64,000 bases of DNA, taken from the NCBI GenBank assembly GCA_030690365.1, contig JAUYGX010000142.1, positions 12,888 to 76,887 on the forward strand, written 5' to 3'. Both the position numbers and the translations under genes were made by a program. Of the stretch, positions 31,652 through 40,124 are shown one piece after another. Position 1 is the first letter of the stretch. Every line of letters starts with the position of its first letter. The DNA is from Bacteroidales bacterium. Its GTDB lineage: Bacteria > Bacteroidota > Bacteroidia > Bacteroidales > F082. The notes beneath the pieces were generated by a model. It was not told the DNA's origin. It did not search any database and was given only the letters and a program-made list of their open reading frames with translations.

Positions 31652-31798
31652 GCCGAAATCCAGCTAAACAACAATAATGCACGAATCCTAGTTTCAGCAC
31701 CCGACTCACCGGGAAAATACTCCATCACCCTGAAAGCCATGGATGAGAAAGGCCGCTACTTTACAAAACAGAAGGTATTTGAAGTAAAACAGGATTAA
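31652..31798 (+). pseudogene. Possible 3' gene remnant (no start codon)
   Basis: An open frame reads AEIQLNNNNARILVSAPDSPGKYSITLKAMDEKGRYFTKQKVFEVKQD*, with a protein-like Ig-type C-terminus. An AT-rich stretch full of stops and the IS remnant precede it. Confidence 0.25.
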
Positions 31799-33054
31799 AA
31801 AGCCAATCTGGATTTATAAACCCCGACAACACTATCGAAAGAGGCACGGTAGGCCGGCTCGATGGGCAAACTGGGAGGAGATTCCACTTTGAGCGGATCC
31901 ACGGCATTTCCATTTTTGTAAAAACGAAAATCAAGGTGCGGCCCCGTTGCAAGACCGGTCTTCCCAACATATCCTATTAACTCACCCTGACGCACATACT
32001 TGCCAACAGCCATCCCTTTTGCATATCCCTTTAAGTGCATATAACTTGTTGAGTAGGTCCCGTTATGCTTGATAGTAAGATAATTTCCTCCTCCAAGCCT
32101 TTGATAAGCTTTTTTAACAATGGTACCATCACCAACAGAAAACACAGGAGTCCCTTCCGGAGCAGCATAATCCACACCATGATGTGGACGGCGTATTTTG
32201 AGCACGGGATGCAGGCGGCTGTTTGAAAATCGGGAACTGATCCGCGTGAAGCGTAAAGGTGCCTTTAAAAATGCGCGTTGCAAACTCAATCCTTTTTCGT
32301 CAAAATAATCACCCTTTTCGTTTTGAATAAAATAAAAAGCATACAGGCTGTCACCCCCATGCAACATCAGGGTGGCTTCAACCCTGCCAAGGCCAATATA
32401 TTGTCCTTCAACATATTGTTTGGTATAGATGGCCTTATATACATCACCTTTTTGTAATCCGAAAAAATCGATGGTCCAGGCATAGATTTCCGAAAGTTCA
32501 TTGGCCAGGTTTGGATCGGCGCCTTGAGCAACCAATGAATTCCACAACGAACTTTCGATAACTCCTTCCAGGGTATCGTTTACAATTTCAATTGATTTTC
32601 GGCCTATTGAAGCAGAAATGGTATCCTTGAGGGCATAAAGCACATAGGTAACGGGTGAAATTTCGTAAGCAAAAAATAAAGGTGTTGCGGTCGAATCGCG
32701 TTGGCTGATCACGGCATATCGGTTCCCTGATTTAATCTTTCTTACATCAAAGGTGTCACGTGTGTTTCGGGCCAGATAGTCAATCATACCGTAATTTACG
32801 CCGTGACGCAACAAAATATCCGAAAGAAACTCATTTTTTTTCACTACGCCTTCGTTTACATCCAGACTATCCACCACAATGCCATAGGCCACTTTAGGTT
32901 CTGTAACAACGGTATCAATACTTTGTTCATATATTACCGATTCCTGGTCGGTGGTATTGGTACAACCGGTTATTAAGATCAGCAATATGAATATAAAGGG
33001 CAAAAATATTCGAACCATCAATGGGCGTATTAGTTTAAAGCAACATGAAAACAA
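31795..33054 (-). CDS. M23-family peptidoglycan metalloendopeptidase
   Basis: 419 aa with a lipoprotein-like signal (LILITGC). Contains HHGVDYAAPEGTPV, GNYLTIKHNGTYSTSYMHL and GLATGPHLDFRF (HxxxD and HxH M23 motifs). Confidence 0.9.
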   Translation of the reverse strand: MFSCCFKLIRPLMVRIFLPFIFILLILITGCTNTTDQESVIYEQSIDTVVTEPKVAYGIVVDSLDVNEGVVKKNEFLSDILLRHGVNYGMIDYLARNTRDTFDVRKIKSGNRYAVISQRDSTATPLFFAYEISPVTYVLYALKDTISASIGRKSIEIVNDTLEGVIESSLWNSLVAQGADPNLANELSEIYAWTIDFFGLQKGDVYKAIYTKQYVEGQYIGLGRVEATLMLHGGDSLYAFYFIQNEKGDYFDEKGLSLQRAFLKAPLRFTRISSRFSNSRLHPVLKIRRPHHGVDYAAPEGTPVFSVGDGTIVKKAYQRLGGGNYLTIKHNGTYSTSYMHLKGYAKGMAVGKYVRQGELIGYVGKTGLATGPHLDFRFYKNGNAVDPLKVESPPSLPIEPAYRASFDSVVGVYKSRLAF

Positions 33055-33065
33055 AAGAATAATAA

Positions 33066-33890
33066 CTACCGGGAGGGGGAACTTATTGTTTTGTTACGGG
33101 TAAAGTAAAGGATAACAAAGCCTCCGATAATTAAAGGAATACTTAACCATTGCCCCATATTCAACATCATCTGGCTCTCAAAATCCACCTGGGGCAATTT
33201 GATAAATTCAATTAAAAAACGAACCGTCCACAAAACAATCAGAAAATAGGCGAAAATACGGCCTTCAACGGGCTTGCCGTCATGTTTCCAATAATATCTG
33301 TAAAGGAAAACAAAAAGAAGCAGATAGCTAAGTGCCTCATATATTTGAGTTGGATGGTGGGCCACAGTTAAACCATCTCTTACAAAAATAAAACCCCATG
33401 GAAGCGTGGTTACGTCTCCATATATTTCAGAGTTCATCAGGTTGCCCATTCGGATTAAAAATCCAGCCAGGGCCGTTACCAAAACAACATGGTCGAGTAC
33501 CCAAAAATAAGAACGGTGGTACTTTCTAGAGAAAAAGTAAAGTCCGATTAGAATTCCAACCGCTGCCCCATGGCTGGCCAGGCCGCCTTCCCAAATTTTA
33601 AGGATATCGAGGGGATGTGCCAGGTAGTATCCGGGTTCGTAAAATAAACAATGACCCAGACGTGCTCCCACGATGGTAAATATCAACATGTAAGTAGCCA
33701 GGTCGTCGAGGACTTTGATGGGAACCCCTTCTTTTTTGAACATCTTTTGCAGAATCAAATATCCAAGAACAAAACCAAGCGCAAAAAGCAATCCATACCA
33801 ACGTATGGAAAATCCGCCAATCAATGGGAAGCTTTCGGGAAGGATAAATATTTCGGGCCTTACGTTCCAGACAATATAATGAAGCAGCAT
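33066..33890 (-). CDS. lgt: Prolipoprotein diacylglyceryl transferase
   Basis: 274 aa and polytopic. Contains IRWYGLLFALGFVLG, GARLGHCLFYEP, GGLASHGAAVG and HPTQIYEAL, which are Lgt signatures. Confidence 0.9.
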   Translation of the reverse strand: MLLHYIVWNVRPEIFILPESFPLIGGFSIRWYGLLFALGFVLGYLILQKMFKKEGVPIKVLDDLATYMLIFTIVGARLGHCLFYEPGYYLAHPLDILKIWEGGLASHGAAVGILIGLYFFSRKYHRSYFWVLDHVVLVTALAGFLIRMGNLMNSEIYGDVTTLPWGFIFVRDGLTVAHHPTQIYEALSYLLLFVFLYRYYWKHDGKPVEGRIFAYFLIVLWTVRFLIEFIKLPQVDFESQMMLNMGQWLSIPLIIGGFVILYFTRNKTISSPSR

Positions 33891-33906
33891 AATTTCAACT
33901 TTTGGG

Positions 33907-33914
33907 CAAAGTTA
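33907..33914 (-). promoter_or_regulatory. -7 promoter box (TAACTTTG on the minus strand) for lgt
   Basis: TAnnTTTG match 16 nt upstream of the lgt ATG, inside the 32-nt gap after the upstream gene. Confidence 0.4.
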
Positions 33915-33922
33915 GCAAATTG

Positions 33923-34948
33923 CTACAAGCGGCGGTATTGAAATGTAGGATATCCTTTTTCGCCTGTAACGGGCTCATAAAAATTGGTGAATTTCAATTT
34001 AAAAAACACGCCGGTACGGGTTTTAATAAAATAATTGTAGTTAGGACGGCACTTATAATAGATATCCCCACCGTTGATGTCTCCAATTAATTCTTTCCAG
34101 TCGTAACCAATAGCATCCCGTTTGGTGCTGTAATTAAGGTATAAAACACTATCAATTGTAACCTCGTCGAACACCATGGTAGTGTCGAATACCACACCCA
34201 CTTCACTTGGATTGATTAATACTCCCGTCAATAAATAAGGATAATCTTCACCGGCATCCGTTATCAACATGGTGGTATATTGGGTAAACAATAAGTCCCA
34301 ATCATCAGTCAATGGCTCAGTCTGTAATGATTCATTGGTTTCAAAACTGAATTGAATGGTGTTGAACCCGGGATCTTTTTCCACCACCACATCATGCCTA
34401 TCGGTATTGTCCATCTGGCAATACGAAAAAGAGTACCTGTCCTTTTTCAAGGAATGAAAAATAATTTTGCGTAAACCAAGGTTGTGACCATATGCATCAA
34501 GACCCCGATTGATGACGTATACCTGTTGAGTAAACAAGGTGTCTGTTCCCAGAATCTTAATCCAGTCGACAAAAACCGTTGAATCCACATTTCCACTCGA
34601 GGGATCGAAGGCCCATTCCAGTCCTGTGGTATCCATTACCTGATCGAAACTAGTTTTATTGGTGGCGGCCGCCATCATAAAACTGGCGGTATTCAGCCTG
34701 ATCAGGAATCCTGTATCGGCCGACGAAAACAACAGGTCGTAATCACTCTTGATGTTTTGCGAAACCTGCTCGCCTTTCAACAAGTTAAAATAAACCTGAT
34801 TGTTATAAAACTGTTTCATCGCAATCATCTCCACTTTTGTAGTGTCCGCCGGATGTGGTTCAATTTTGGTGTCTTTCTTAAAACAGGAAGTAGTGCCTAA
34901 AATCAACACCAACAACATTGACAACCATGGAATTATCGTTTTCATCAT
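33923..34948 (-). CDS. HmuY-like lipoprotein (putative heme/tetrapyrrole-binding)
   Basis: 341 aa with a lipobox (LILGTTSCF). Motifs DYDLLFSS and DDWDLLFTQY, and the C-terminal FFKLKFTNFY...GYPTFQY, resemble the HmuY family. It overlaps the upstream TonB receptor by 4 nt. Confidence 0.55.
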   Translation of the reverse strand: MMKTIIPWLSMLLVLILGTTSCFKKDTKIEPHPADTTKVEMIAMKQFYNNQVYFNLLKGEQVSQNIKSDYDLLFSSADTGFLIRLNTASFMMAAATNKTSFDQVMDTTGLEWAFDPSSGNVDSTVFVDWIKILGTDTLFTQQVYVINRGLDAYGHNLGLRKIIFHSLKKDRYSFSYCQMDNTDRHDVVVEKDPGFNTIQFSFETNESLQTEPLTDDWDLLFTQYTTMLITDAGEDYPYLLTGVLINPSEVGVVFDTTMVFDEVTIDSVLYLNYSTKRDAIGYDWKELIGDINGGDIYYKCRPNYNYFIKTRTGVFFKLKFTNFYEPVTGEKGYPTFQYRRL

Positions 34949-37185
34949 TTGGAAATATTATATTGCAATTTTACAAAAATGGTCCTGCCCCAATCCATTG
35001 GTGTACTGTTTGTTCCACCTGTATGAGGTTCGCCACCACCCAAATACCCGCTTGTGCTTAAATTGGTTACATTAAACAGGTTTTTACCACCTACCTGTAC
35101 ATTCAGCGAACGCTTAAAGAACCATCGGCTGACATTGATATCCAAAGTATTGTAGGCTTCAGCAGTAGTGATCTGAAGCTGTTTAAAATCATCAAATACC
35201 AGATCAGGATAAGAACCGCTGTATTTATAAAAAACACTGAATTCCAGTGCCGGTTTTCGCCAGGTAATGTTTGACTGTACAGTTACATCACTTGAGTAAT
35301 AGAATCCATTATCCTTTAACATATCATTATTAAACATTTTTCGACCTGTAACGCCATAACCAAGAACAACTTTTAACCAGGGATAAACCCTGTTGTTGAA
35401 ATTCACGTCAAAGCCCTGTGTGTAATACTGATCTACATTCACGTAGGTATAAGATAACTGGTCTCCAACCATTTTGGCCAACTGAATCTTATTCTTCATG
35501 TGGTTGTAATACGCGCCAAATTCCAATCCCCAATTGTAAACAGCAGCAGTTTGCGTATTGTAACTGATGTTGGCGCTTAAATTGACGGAAGTTTCTGCTT
35601 CCAGATTGGGATTACCAATGATGGTATGGTTTGCATCCACAAAGGACAAATAGAGTTCCTTTAGAGATGGAGCCCGGAATCCCTTGGCCATGCTTCCTCT
35701 AACAATCAGGTCTTCCACGATGTTCCATTTCACATTTAAGGAATATACCAGAGGGGCCGCATATTTCGTGTTATAAATACCTCGAACACCCGGTTGAATG
35801 CTGATTTGAGGTAATGGTGTATAGGCCAGGCTTAAAAAGGCTGCATAATCACCAATCGATTGAAGGCCATTTTCTACCCTTTTTCCACCGCCACTTTCAT
35901 AGTTCAAATCAAAACCCAACTGGTATTTCAACAATGTATTTGCCAGCAGGTTACTGAATACCGGACGGATTAAAAAGTTATCGAACCAGGAAGTATCCTG
36001 CGCATCCACACCCACATAAATTGATTTTTTCAATGTGGTAAGTTCCTGAAGGTAGGTGTTCTTTATTTTGTTATAGTATGAATAAGCGGTTACTACATTC
36101 AGATTTCCGGTTTTAAATACTTTTTGGTCGATTTCGCCCCTGGCAGTCCAGCGATTGGTAAAAAAATATTTATCATATGCCTTGTCGTAGTTAAAGGTAG
36201 GATGGGGATTACCATAATCCCTGATTTCCTCGTTGTAATAACCCAGATTAAGCTTTGCCGTGGTCCTTTTTACCCGATACATATAGGCCAATTCTCCCTC
36301 GTATTGAAGTTTGGGGTTCCATTCATCATGGCGTGAAGTATCAACCACACTAAATCCACCAAAGAAATTACGCGACCCGGTAAATGAAATGCTGTTTCTT
36401 CCCTTGGAATACGAACCCGTCGCGGCAAAATTATATACGCCAACCGATTCGACATACGTTTCGGCTGAAACAGACATTTTTTGCCTATCGGGGCTTTTAG
36501 TAATCACATTGATCACTCCTGCCAAAGCATTGCTTCCATAAATCACCGACATAGGCCCTTCGATAATCTCCACATGATCCACATTTTGCATACTAATCTG
36601 ATCCAGGTCAAGTTCGCCACTCTGGCGGCCGATAACAGGAACGCCATCGATTAAGAATTTCACATGCTCTCCACCCATTCCCTGCATCATAACAGAAGAT
36701 CCAAAAACACTGCTATGAGTACTTTTAATACTCAATTCACCAGCCAACAGTTCACTCAAATTGTTGGCTGCCTTCTGGTTAATGGTCAGTGTACCAAGTG
36801 TTTTTACTTTATAAATCGAGTTATCCACACGCTCAGGCGATATCTGACCGGTAACAACCACTTCATCAACGTTATAAACCATAGGTTCAAGACGCATGGT
36901 AAGTGGTTTGCCGGGATAAAGGGTATCTGCCGCCTGCAAATATCCAATAAATGAGGTGGAAACCCGCACAGGTGAAGAAATGCTAAATTCCGCCTCACCT
37001 TTCTCATTGGTCATTTGTGTAATAGATTTCCCTTTGGCGGGAGGAAGGATTTCAGCCAACACATGGGCAAAAGCCACAGGTTGGCCACTTACCTTATCCT
37101 TTAAAGAAAGTATGGTGGTTTGCTGACCACTCATGGGAAGGGTGGTCAGCAAAGCCAGACAAATAAAAACAAGTATTAACCTCAT
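34945..37185 (-). CDS. TonB-dependent receptor (HmuR-like position)
   Basis: 746 aa. Has a signal peptide, a CarboxypepD_reg-like domain (LKDKVSGQPVAFAHVLAEI), a plug (DEVVVTGQISPE ... VEIIEGPMSVIYGSNALAGVINVITKS) and a long barrel. Confidence 0.9.
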   Translation of the reverse strand: MRLILVFICLALLTTLPMSGQQTTILSLKDKVSGQPVAFAHVLAEILPPAKGKSITQMTNEKGEAEFSISSPVRVSTSFIGYLQAADTLYPGKPLTMRLEPMVYNVDEVVVTGQISPERVDNSIYKVKTLGTLTINQKAANNLSELLAGELSIKSTHSSVFGSSVMMQGMGGEHVKFLIDGVPVIGRQSGELDLDQISMQNVDHVEIIEGPMSVIYGSNALAGVINVITKSPDRQKMSVSAETYVESVGVYNFAATGSYSKGRNSISFTGSRNFFGGFSVVDTSRHDEWNPKLQYEGELAYMYRVKRTTAKLNLGYYNEEIRDYGNPHPTFNYDKAYDKYFFTNRWTARGEIDQKVFKTGNLNVVTAYSYYNKIKNTYLQELTTLKKSIYVGVDAQDTSWFDNFLIRPVFSNLLANTLLKYQLGFDLNYESGGGKRVENGLQSIGDYAAFLSLAYTPLPQISIQPGVRGIYNTKYAAPLVYSLNVKWNIVEDLIVRGSMAKGFRAPSLKELYLSFVDANHTIIGNPNLEAETSVNLSANISYNTQTAAVYNWGLEFGAYYNHMKNKIQLAKMVGDQLSYTYVNVDQYYTQGFDVNFNNRVYPWLKVVLGYGVTGRKMFNNDMLKDNGFYYSSDVTVQSNITWRKPALEFSVFYKYSGSYPDLVFDDFKQLQITTAEAYNTLDINVSRWFFKRSLNVQVGGKNLFNVTNLSTSGYLGGGEPHTGGTNSTPMDWGRTIFVKLQYNISK

Positions 37186-37188
37186 AGG

Positions 37189-38463
37189 CTAGCGTAACAG
37201 CAACTTTTGGCTGTAAACAGCCTGACCGACAGTCACTTTGGCAATGTACAATCCGGCAGGTAAGTTTACATTTACCGAAGCACCATTGGTTAAAGAAGTA
37301 CCCGAAATAGATTGAGAATAAACATTTCTTCCGTTCAAGTCGTAGATGGCCAACTGCGAATCATCAGTCACTTTAGTATTCAAACGGATGGTGATATTGT
37401 CGGTGGCTGGTACGGGATAGATGCTCATCGACTTTCTATCCGCCATATTGTCATTAATATCAGAAATCGAAACCAGCATTTTATCCAAAGCTAAACTTCC
37501 AGTCATAAAATCGAAGTACACAAATTTTAGTTTAAACACGTTATCCGCGGTATCTTTTACAAAATAGTATGTGGAATCAACCATTTGATAAGAAAAAGTA
37601 GTATTGTCAAATTCCTTCCATCCCGCTGCGATCACATTTTTCTCTGCCACAAAAGGTTTCAGTCCCCATAAGGTAAAGTTTGGTCCGACCGGATAAAAAT
37701 GACTGGCTCCAATCCCTACATTATTAGCAGCCCCTGTAATGAGATAAAGTTGCATATTTCCCTCCATATCAGGAACGGAATCCATGTACTTTGTAAACAA
37801 CAGATCCCAGGCACCAGACAAAGGTTCGCGGTCGAGTTCGGCATTGTTTACCAGGCTGTAGTAAGCAAAATTTTTGGTTTCGTAAGGAACCAGATTAAAC
37901 TCTACCATTTTTTCGTCCGAACCATCAATGTTGGCATATTTAAAATGATAGATGTTTTGGATAGAAAATTTATCCATCATCCAAAGTTTCTTTATACTGC
38001 CGTCAGCAATCTTAATTACGTAAAGAGAATCACCAGTCAAATTGTGGGTAACCATATTGTAGATGCCCCAACCGTAATCATACTCACTGAGCTGGTTTTC
38101 ATTAAAAGCGCCGTCCTCCCAATTATTCACCGAATTATTCATTGATTTCCAGGTGCTAAATCCGTTGGTATCCACAGTGGCCCATGCATTGGTATCTCCT
38201 TTAGGATAGGTATACAGACTAACGCCTGCTCCCTGGTTGATCATAATACCGGCGCTAAATTTGGGTGTATAAAAGGCAATGTCCCAGTTTGAACGAGGTT
38301 CTTCTTTTACCAAACCATTGGCAAAACTATAAAACAGGTCGTTAGCGTATCCCTGGCCCATAGTCAGTGAATCACGTGTATATGCTTGTCCAACAACATT
38401 TTTGACAGGTGAAAGGAGTGCCAAAAATAGTAAGGTTACTATGCTAATGTTTAAAATCTTCAT
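37189..38463 (-). CDS. HmuY-like protein fused to a T9SS C-terminal sorting domain
   Basis: 424 aa with a signal peptide. Contains NWDIAFYTPKFSAGIMINQG, GAWDLLFTKY and FKLKFVYFDFMTGSLAL. The C-terminal CTD reads MSIYPVPATDNITI...LAIYDLNGRNV...LPAGLYIAKV...SQKLLLR. Confidence 0.55.
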   Translation of the reverse strand: MKILNISIVTLLFLALLSPVKNVVGQAYTRDSLTMGQGYANDLFYSFANGLVKEEPRSNWDIAFYTPKFSAGIMINQGAGVSLYTYPKGDTNAWATVDTNGFSTWKSMNNSVNNWEDGAFNENQLSEYDYGWGIYNMVTHNLTGDSLYVIKIADGSIKKLWMMDKFSIQNIYHFKYANIDGSDEKMVEFNLVPYETKNFAYYSLVNNAELDREPLSGAWDLLFTKYMDSVPDMEGNMQLYLITGAANNVGIGASHFYPVGPNFTLWGLKPFVAEKNVIAAGWKEFDNTTFSYQMVDSTYYFVKDTADNVFKLKFVYFDFMTGSLALDKMLVSISDINDNMADRKSMSIYPVPATDNITIRLNTKVTDDSQLAIYDLNGRNVYSQSISGTSLTNGASVNVNLPAGLYIAKVTVGQAVYSQKLLLR

Positions 38464-38551
38464 TGTTTTTTGGTTTTAATTTTTATACTGCGATATGCTA
38501 TCCGGGTGCTTTTGTGGTTCATCAAAAACCAAGCATACCAAAATAACAAAC

Positions 38552-38572
38552 AATTACTGATTTTCAGTAATT
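38552..38572. promoter_or_regulatory. Perfect dyad AATTACTGA-N3-TCAGTAATT upstream of the HmuY/TonB operon (candidate operator)
   Basis: 9-bp perfect inverted arms lie 89-109 nt upstream of the ATG at 38463, immediately after the terminator of the preceding gene. Confidence 0.35.
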
Positions 38573-38573
38573 T

Positions 38574-38601
38574 AAAAAAAAATGTTTCACTTGGGTGAAA
38601 C
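38574..38601 (-). terminator. Rho-independent terminator after the 126-aa gene
   Basis: The minus strand reads gtttcac-ccaa-gtgaaac (7-bp stem), followed by A and a run of 9 U. Confidence 0.75.
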
Positions 38602-38622
38602 GGAAATGAAAAAGAAATGTAT

Positions 38623-39003
38623 TTAAACAGCAGGAGGGCCTCGCAAAGTTCCTGAATATAGGAATCTCTGCTGGTAAATGCTGAGGTAATCAAAGGTAAC
38701 AGTTACATTTTTTGCGAAATCAACTAGCTCTATCGAATAATCATCAGCAAATAGTGCATGTAACGATATGGAGAAAGTATCGCCGTGAGCGACCTTTCCA
38801 TTTTTTGTCTTCAGGAGCAGAAAACCATTGTCGGATTTCGACGGTTTTGTAAAAGGTGTTTGGAAATTGAATAAATCGTAGCCATAAATTGCCTTTTGAT
38901 GGTAAGTAATCAGGTCACCAATTACCAACCAAAAAAAAGTGAAAGCCAGTAGCGGAATAGCTATTCTGAATTTCAAACTTAATTTATATGATTTCGTTCT
39001 CAT
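38623..39003 (-). CDS. Hypothetical membrane-anchored protein
   Basis: 126 aa with a single N-terminal TM (IAIPLLAFTFFWLVIGDLI). It lies 36 nt downstream of flavodoxin. Confidence 0.45.
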   Translation of the reverse strand: MRTKSYKLSLKFRIAIPLLAFTFFWLVIGDLITYHQKAIYGYDLFNFQTPFTKPSKSDNGFLLLKTKNGKVAHGDTFSISLHALFADDYSIELVDFAKNVTVTFDYLSIYQQRFLYSGTLRGPPAV

Positions 39004-39039
39004 CCGGATGCAAAAATAATAAATAAATATTATTACCTG

Positions 39040-39543
39040 CTAGAGGAATTCGGTTTTTAGCTTTTCGACCCAGTTTTTAATCCGATCATCGCTTAATTCT
39101 TCCTGGTTGTGATCGTCCAAAGCAAGGCCTGAAAATTGCCCGTCTTTATCAGCGAGGCTAAAATAATACTTGTATCCGTCCACAGGCCAAAACCCAACCA
39201 CACACGATTTTTCAGGAAGGCGGCAATACAATGTTCCCAGTCCGTCGACGAAACTTTCGGGATATTCCTTTTGATCTCCCTGACCAAAAAGGGCCACTTT
39301 ACGGTCGCTGTAATCCAGTGTTGACAAGCGATCGATGGTCATTTCCCATTCATCCTGCATCTCGCCAATACCCCAAGCAGAGGTACCAAAAATCAGGTTC
39401 GAAAATGGTTTCATATCTTCAACAGTGGCCGTTTTTAAATTAAATACGCTGGCTACATCCTTACCAAAAGCATGCTGTATTTTGATTGCTGACTTCTCCG
39501 TCATCCCGGATGTTGAGCCAAAAAATATTCCTACGGGTTTCAT
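39040..39543 (-). CDS. fldA: Long-chain flavodoxin
   Basis: The start is taken at the ATG giving MKPVGIFFGSTSGMTEKSA (FMN phosphate loop). Also has SAWGIGEMQDEW, FGQGDQKEYPESF and WPVDGY. Length is 167 aa. Confidence 0.9.
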   Translation of the reverse strand: MKPVGIFFGSTSGMTEKSAIKIQHAFGKDVASVFNLKTATVEDMKPFSNLIFGTSAWGIGEMQDEWEMTIDRLSTLDYSDRKVALFGQGDQKEYPESFVDGLGTLYCRLPEKSCVVGFWPVDGYKYYFSLADKDGQFSGLALDDHNQEELSDDRIKNWVEKLKTEFL

Positions 39544-39581
39544 CAATTTCAATTATTTGGATTAAATATAAATTACATCGG

Positions 39582-39589
39582 CAAAATTA
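39582..39589 (-). promoter_or_regulatory. -7 promoter box (TAATTTTG on the minus strand) for flavodoxin
   Basis: TAnnTTTG match 38 nt upstream of the ATG at 39543. Confidence 0.4.
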
Positions 39590-39614
39590 AAGTAATTTGT
39601 CAAACACCACCACT

Positions 39615-39651
39615 AAAAATTAAAAAGCCCTTCAACTTACGTCAAAGGGCT
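39615..39651 (-). terminator. Terminator after the Cys-rich small-protein gene
   Basis: agccctt / aagggct forms a 7-bp stem with a 12-nt loop. On the minus strand it is followed by ttttaattttt. Confidence 0.6.
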
Positions 39652-39676
39652 CAAACCAAATTAATTAATGAAAAAG

Positions 39677-39970
39677 CTATTTTTTGTTCGGATCTGCTTT
39701 GGTTTCTGAAGCAGGTTTGGTTTCAGGAGCTGCCTTTTTATCATTACAGGCAGGATCCATAGCCTTTGAACTGCAACATGATTTTTTATCACCACATGAT
39801 TTCATGTCAGCACACTTTGATTTTGCTTTCTTTTTGTCTTTATCTTTGTCGTCATCTACTCTGGTTACTGTAACGCCGTTTTCGTAATTAACAACAGAGG
39901 CTACTGCAGAACTTGTCATGCCGCCAAAAAACAGCAACATCAGTCCCAATGCTAAACTTTTCATTTTCAT
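39677..39970 (-). CDS. Secreted Cys/Lys-rich low-complexity small protein
   Basis: 97 aa with a signal peptide (MKMKSLALGLMLLFFGGMTSSAVA). The tail reads DDDKDKDKKKAKSKCADMKSCGDKKSCCSSKAMDPACNDKKAAPETKPASETKADPNKK and has 5 Cys. It has its own terminator and is divergent from the two-component system. Confidence 0.6.
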   Translation of the reverse strand: MKMKSLALGLMLLFFGGMTSSAVASVVNYENGVTVTRVDDDKDKDKKKAKSKCADMKSCGDKKSCCSSKAMDPACNDKKAAPETKPASETKADPNKK

Positions 39971-40036
39971 CTTTACTTGAGTTTTAATTATTCGTAAAAT
40001 TACCGTCCAAAAGTAGTAATAACACTGTAGGATAGT

Positions 40037-40075
40037 TGTTAATGCCTTGTTAATTTCTGTTAATGATATGTTAAT
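40037..40075. promoter_or_regulatory. Four phased TGTTAAT direct repeats (candidate OmpR-family response-regulator sites)
   Basis: TGTTAAT occurs at 40037, 40048, 40058 and 40069, with spacings of 11, 10 and 11 bp. The repeats sit in the divergent intergenic region, ending 25 nt before the -7 box of the kinase gene. Confidence 0.5.
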
Positions 40076-40100
40076 CGATGTCCACCAATTAATTTCCGAT

Positions 40101-40108
40101 TATTTTTG
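40101..40108 (+). promoter_or_regulatory. -7 promoter box (TATTTTTG) for the kinase/regulator operon
   Basis: TAnnTTTG match 16 nt upstream of the ATG at 40125. Confidence 0.45.
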
Positions 40109-40124
40109 ATGAGAATTTACATAA

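Noticed and set aside
38460-38693. 77-aa ORF spanning the 38464..38622 spacer
   Set aside because: It runs through a strong terminator hairpin with a U9 tract and through the 9-bp-arm dyad, and it overlaps the 3' end of the 126-aa gene. Regulatory DNA is the simpler reading.
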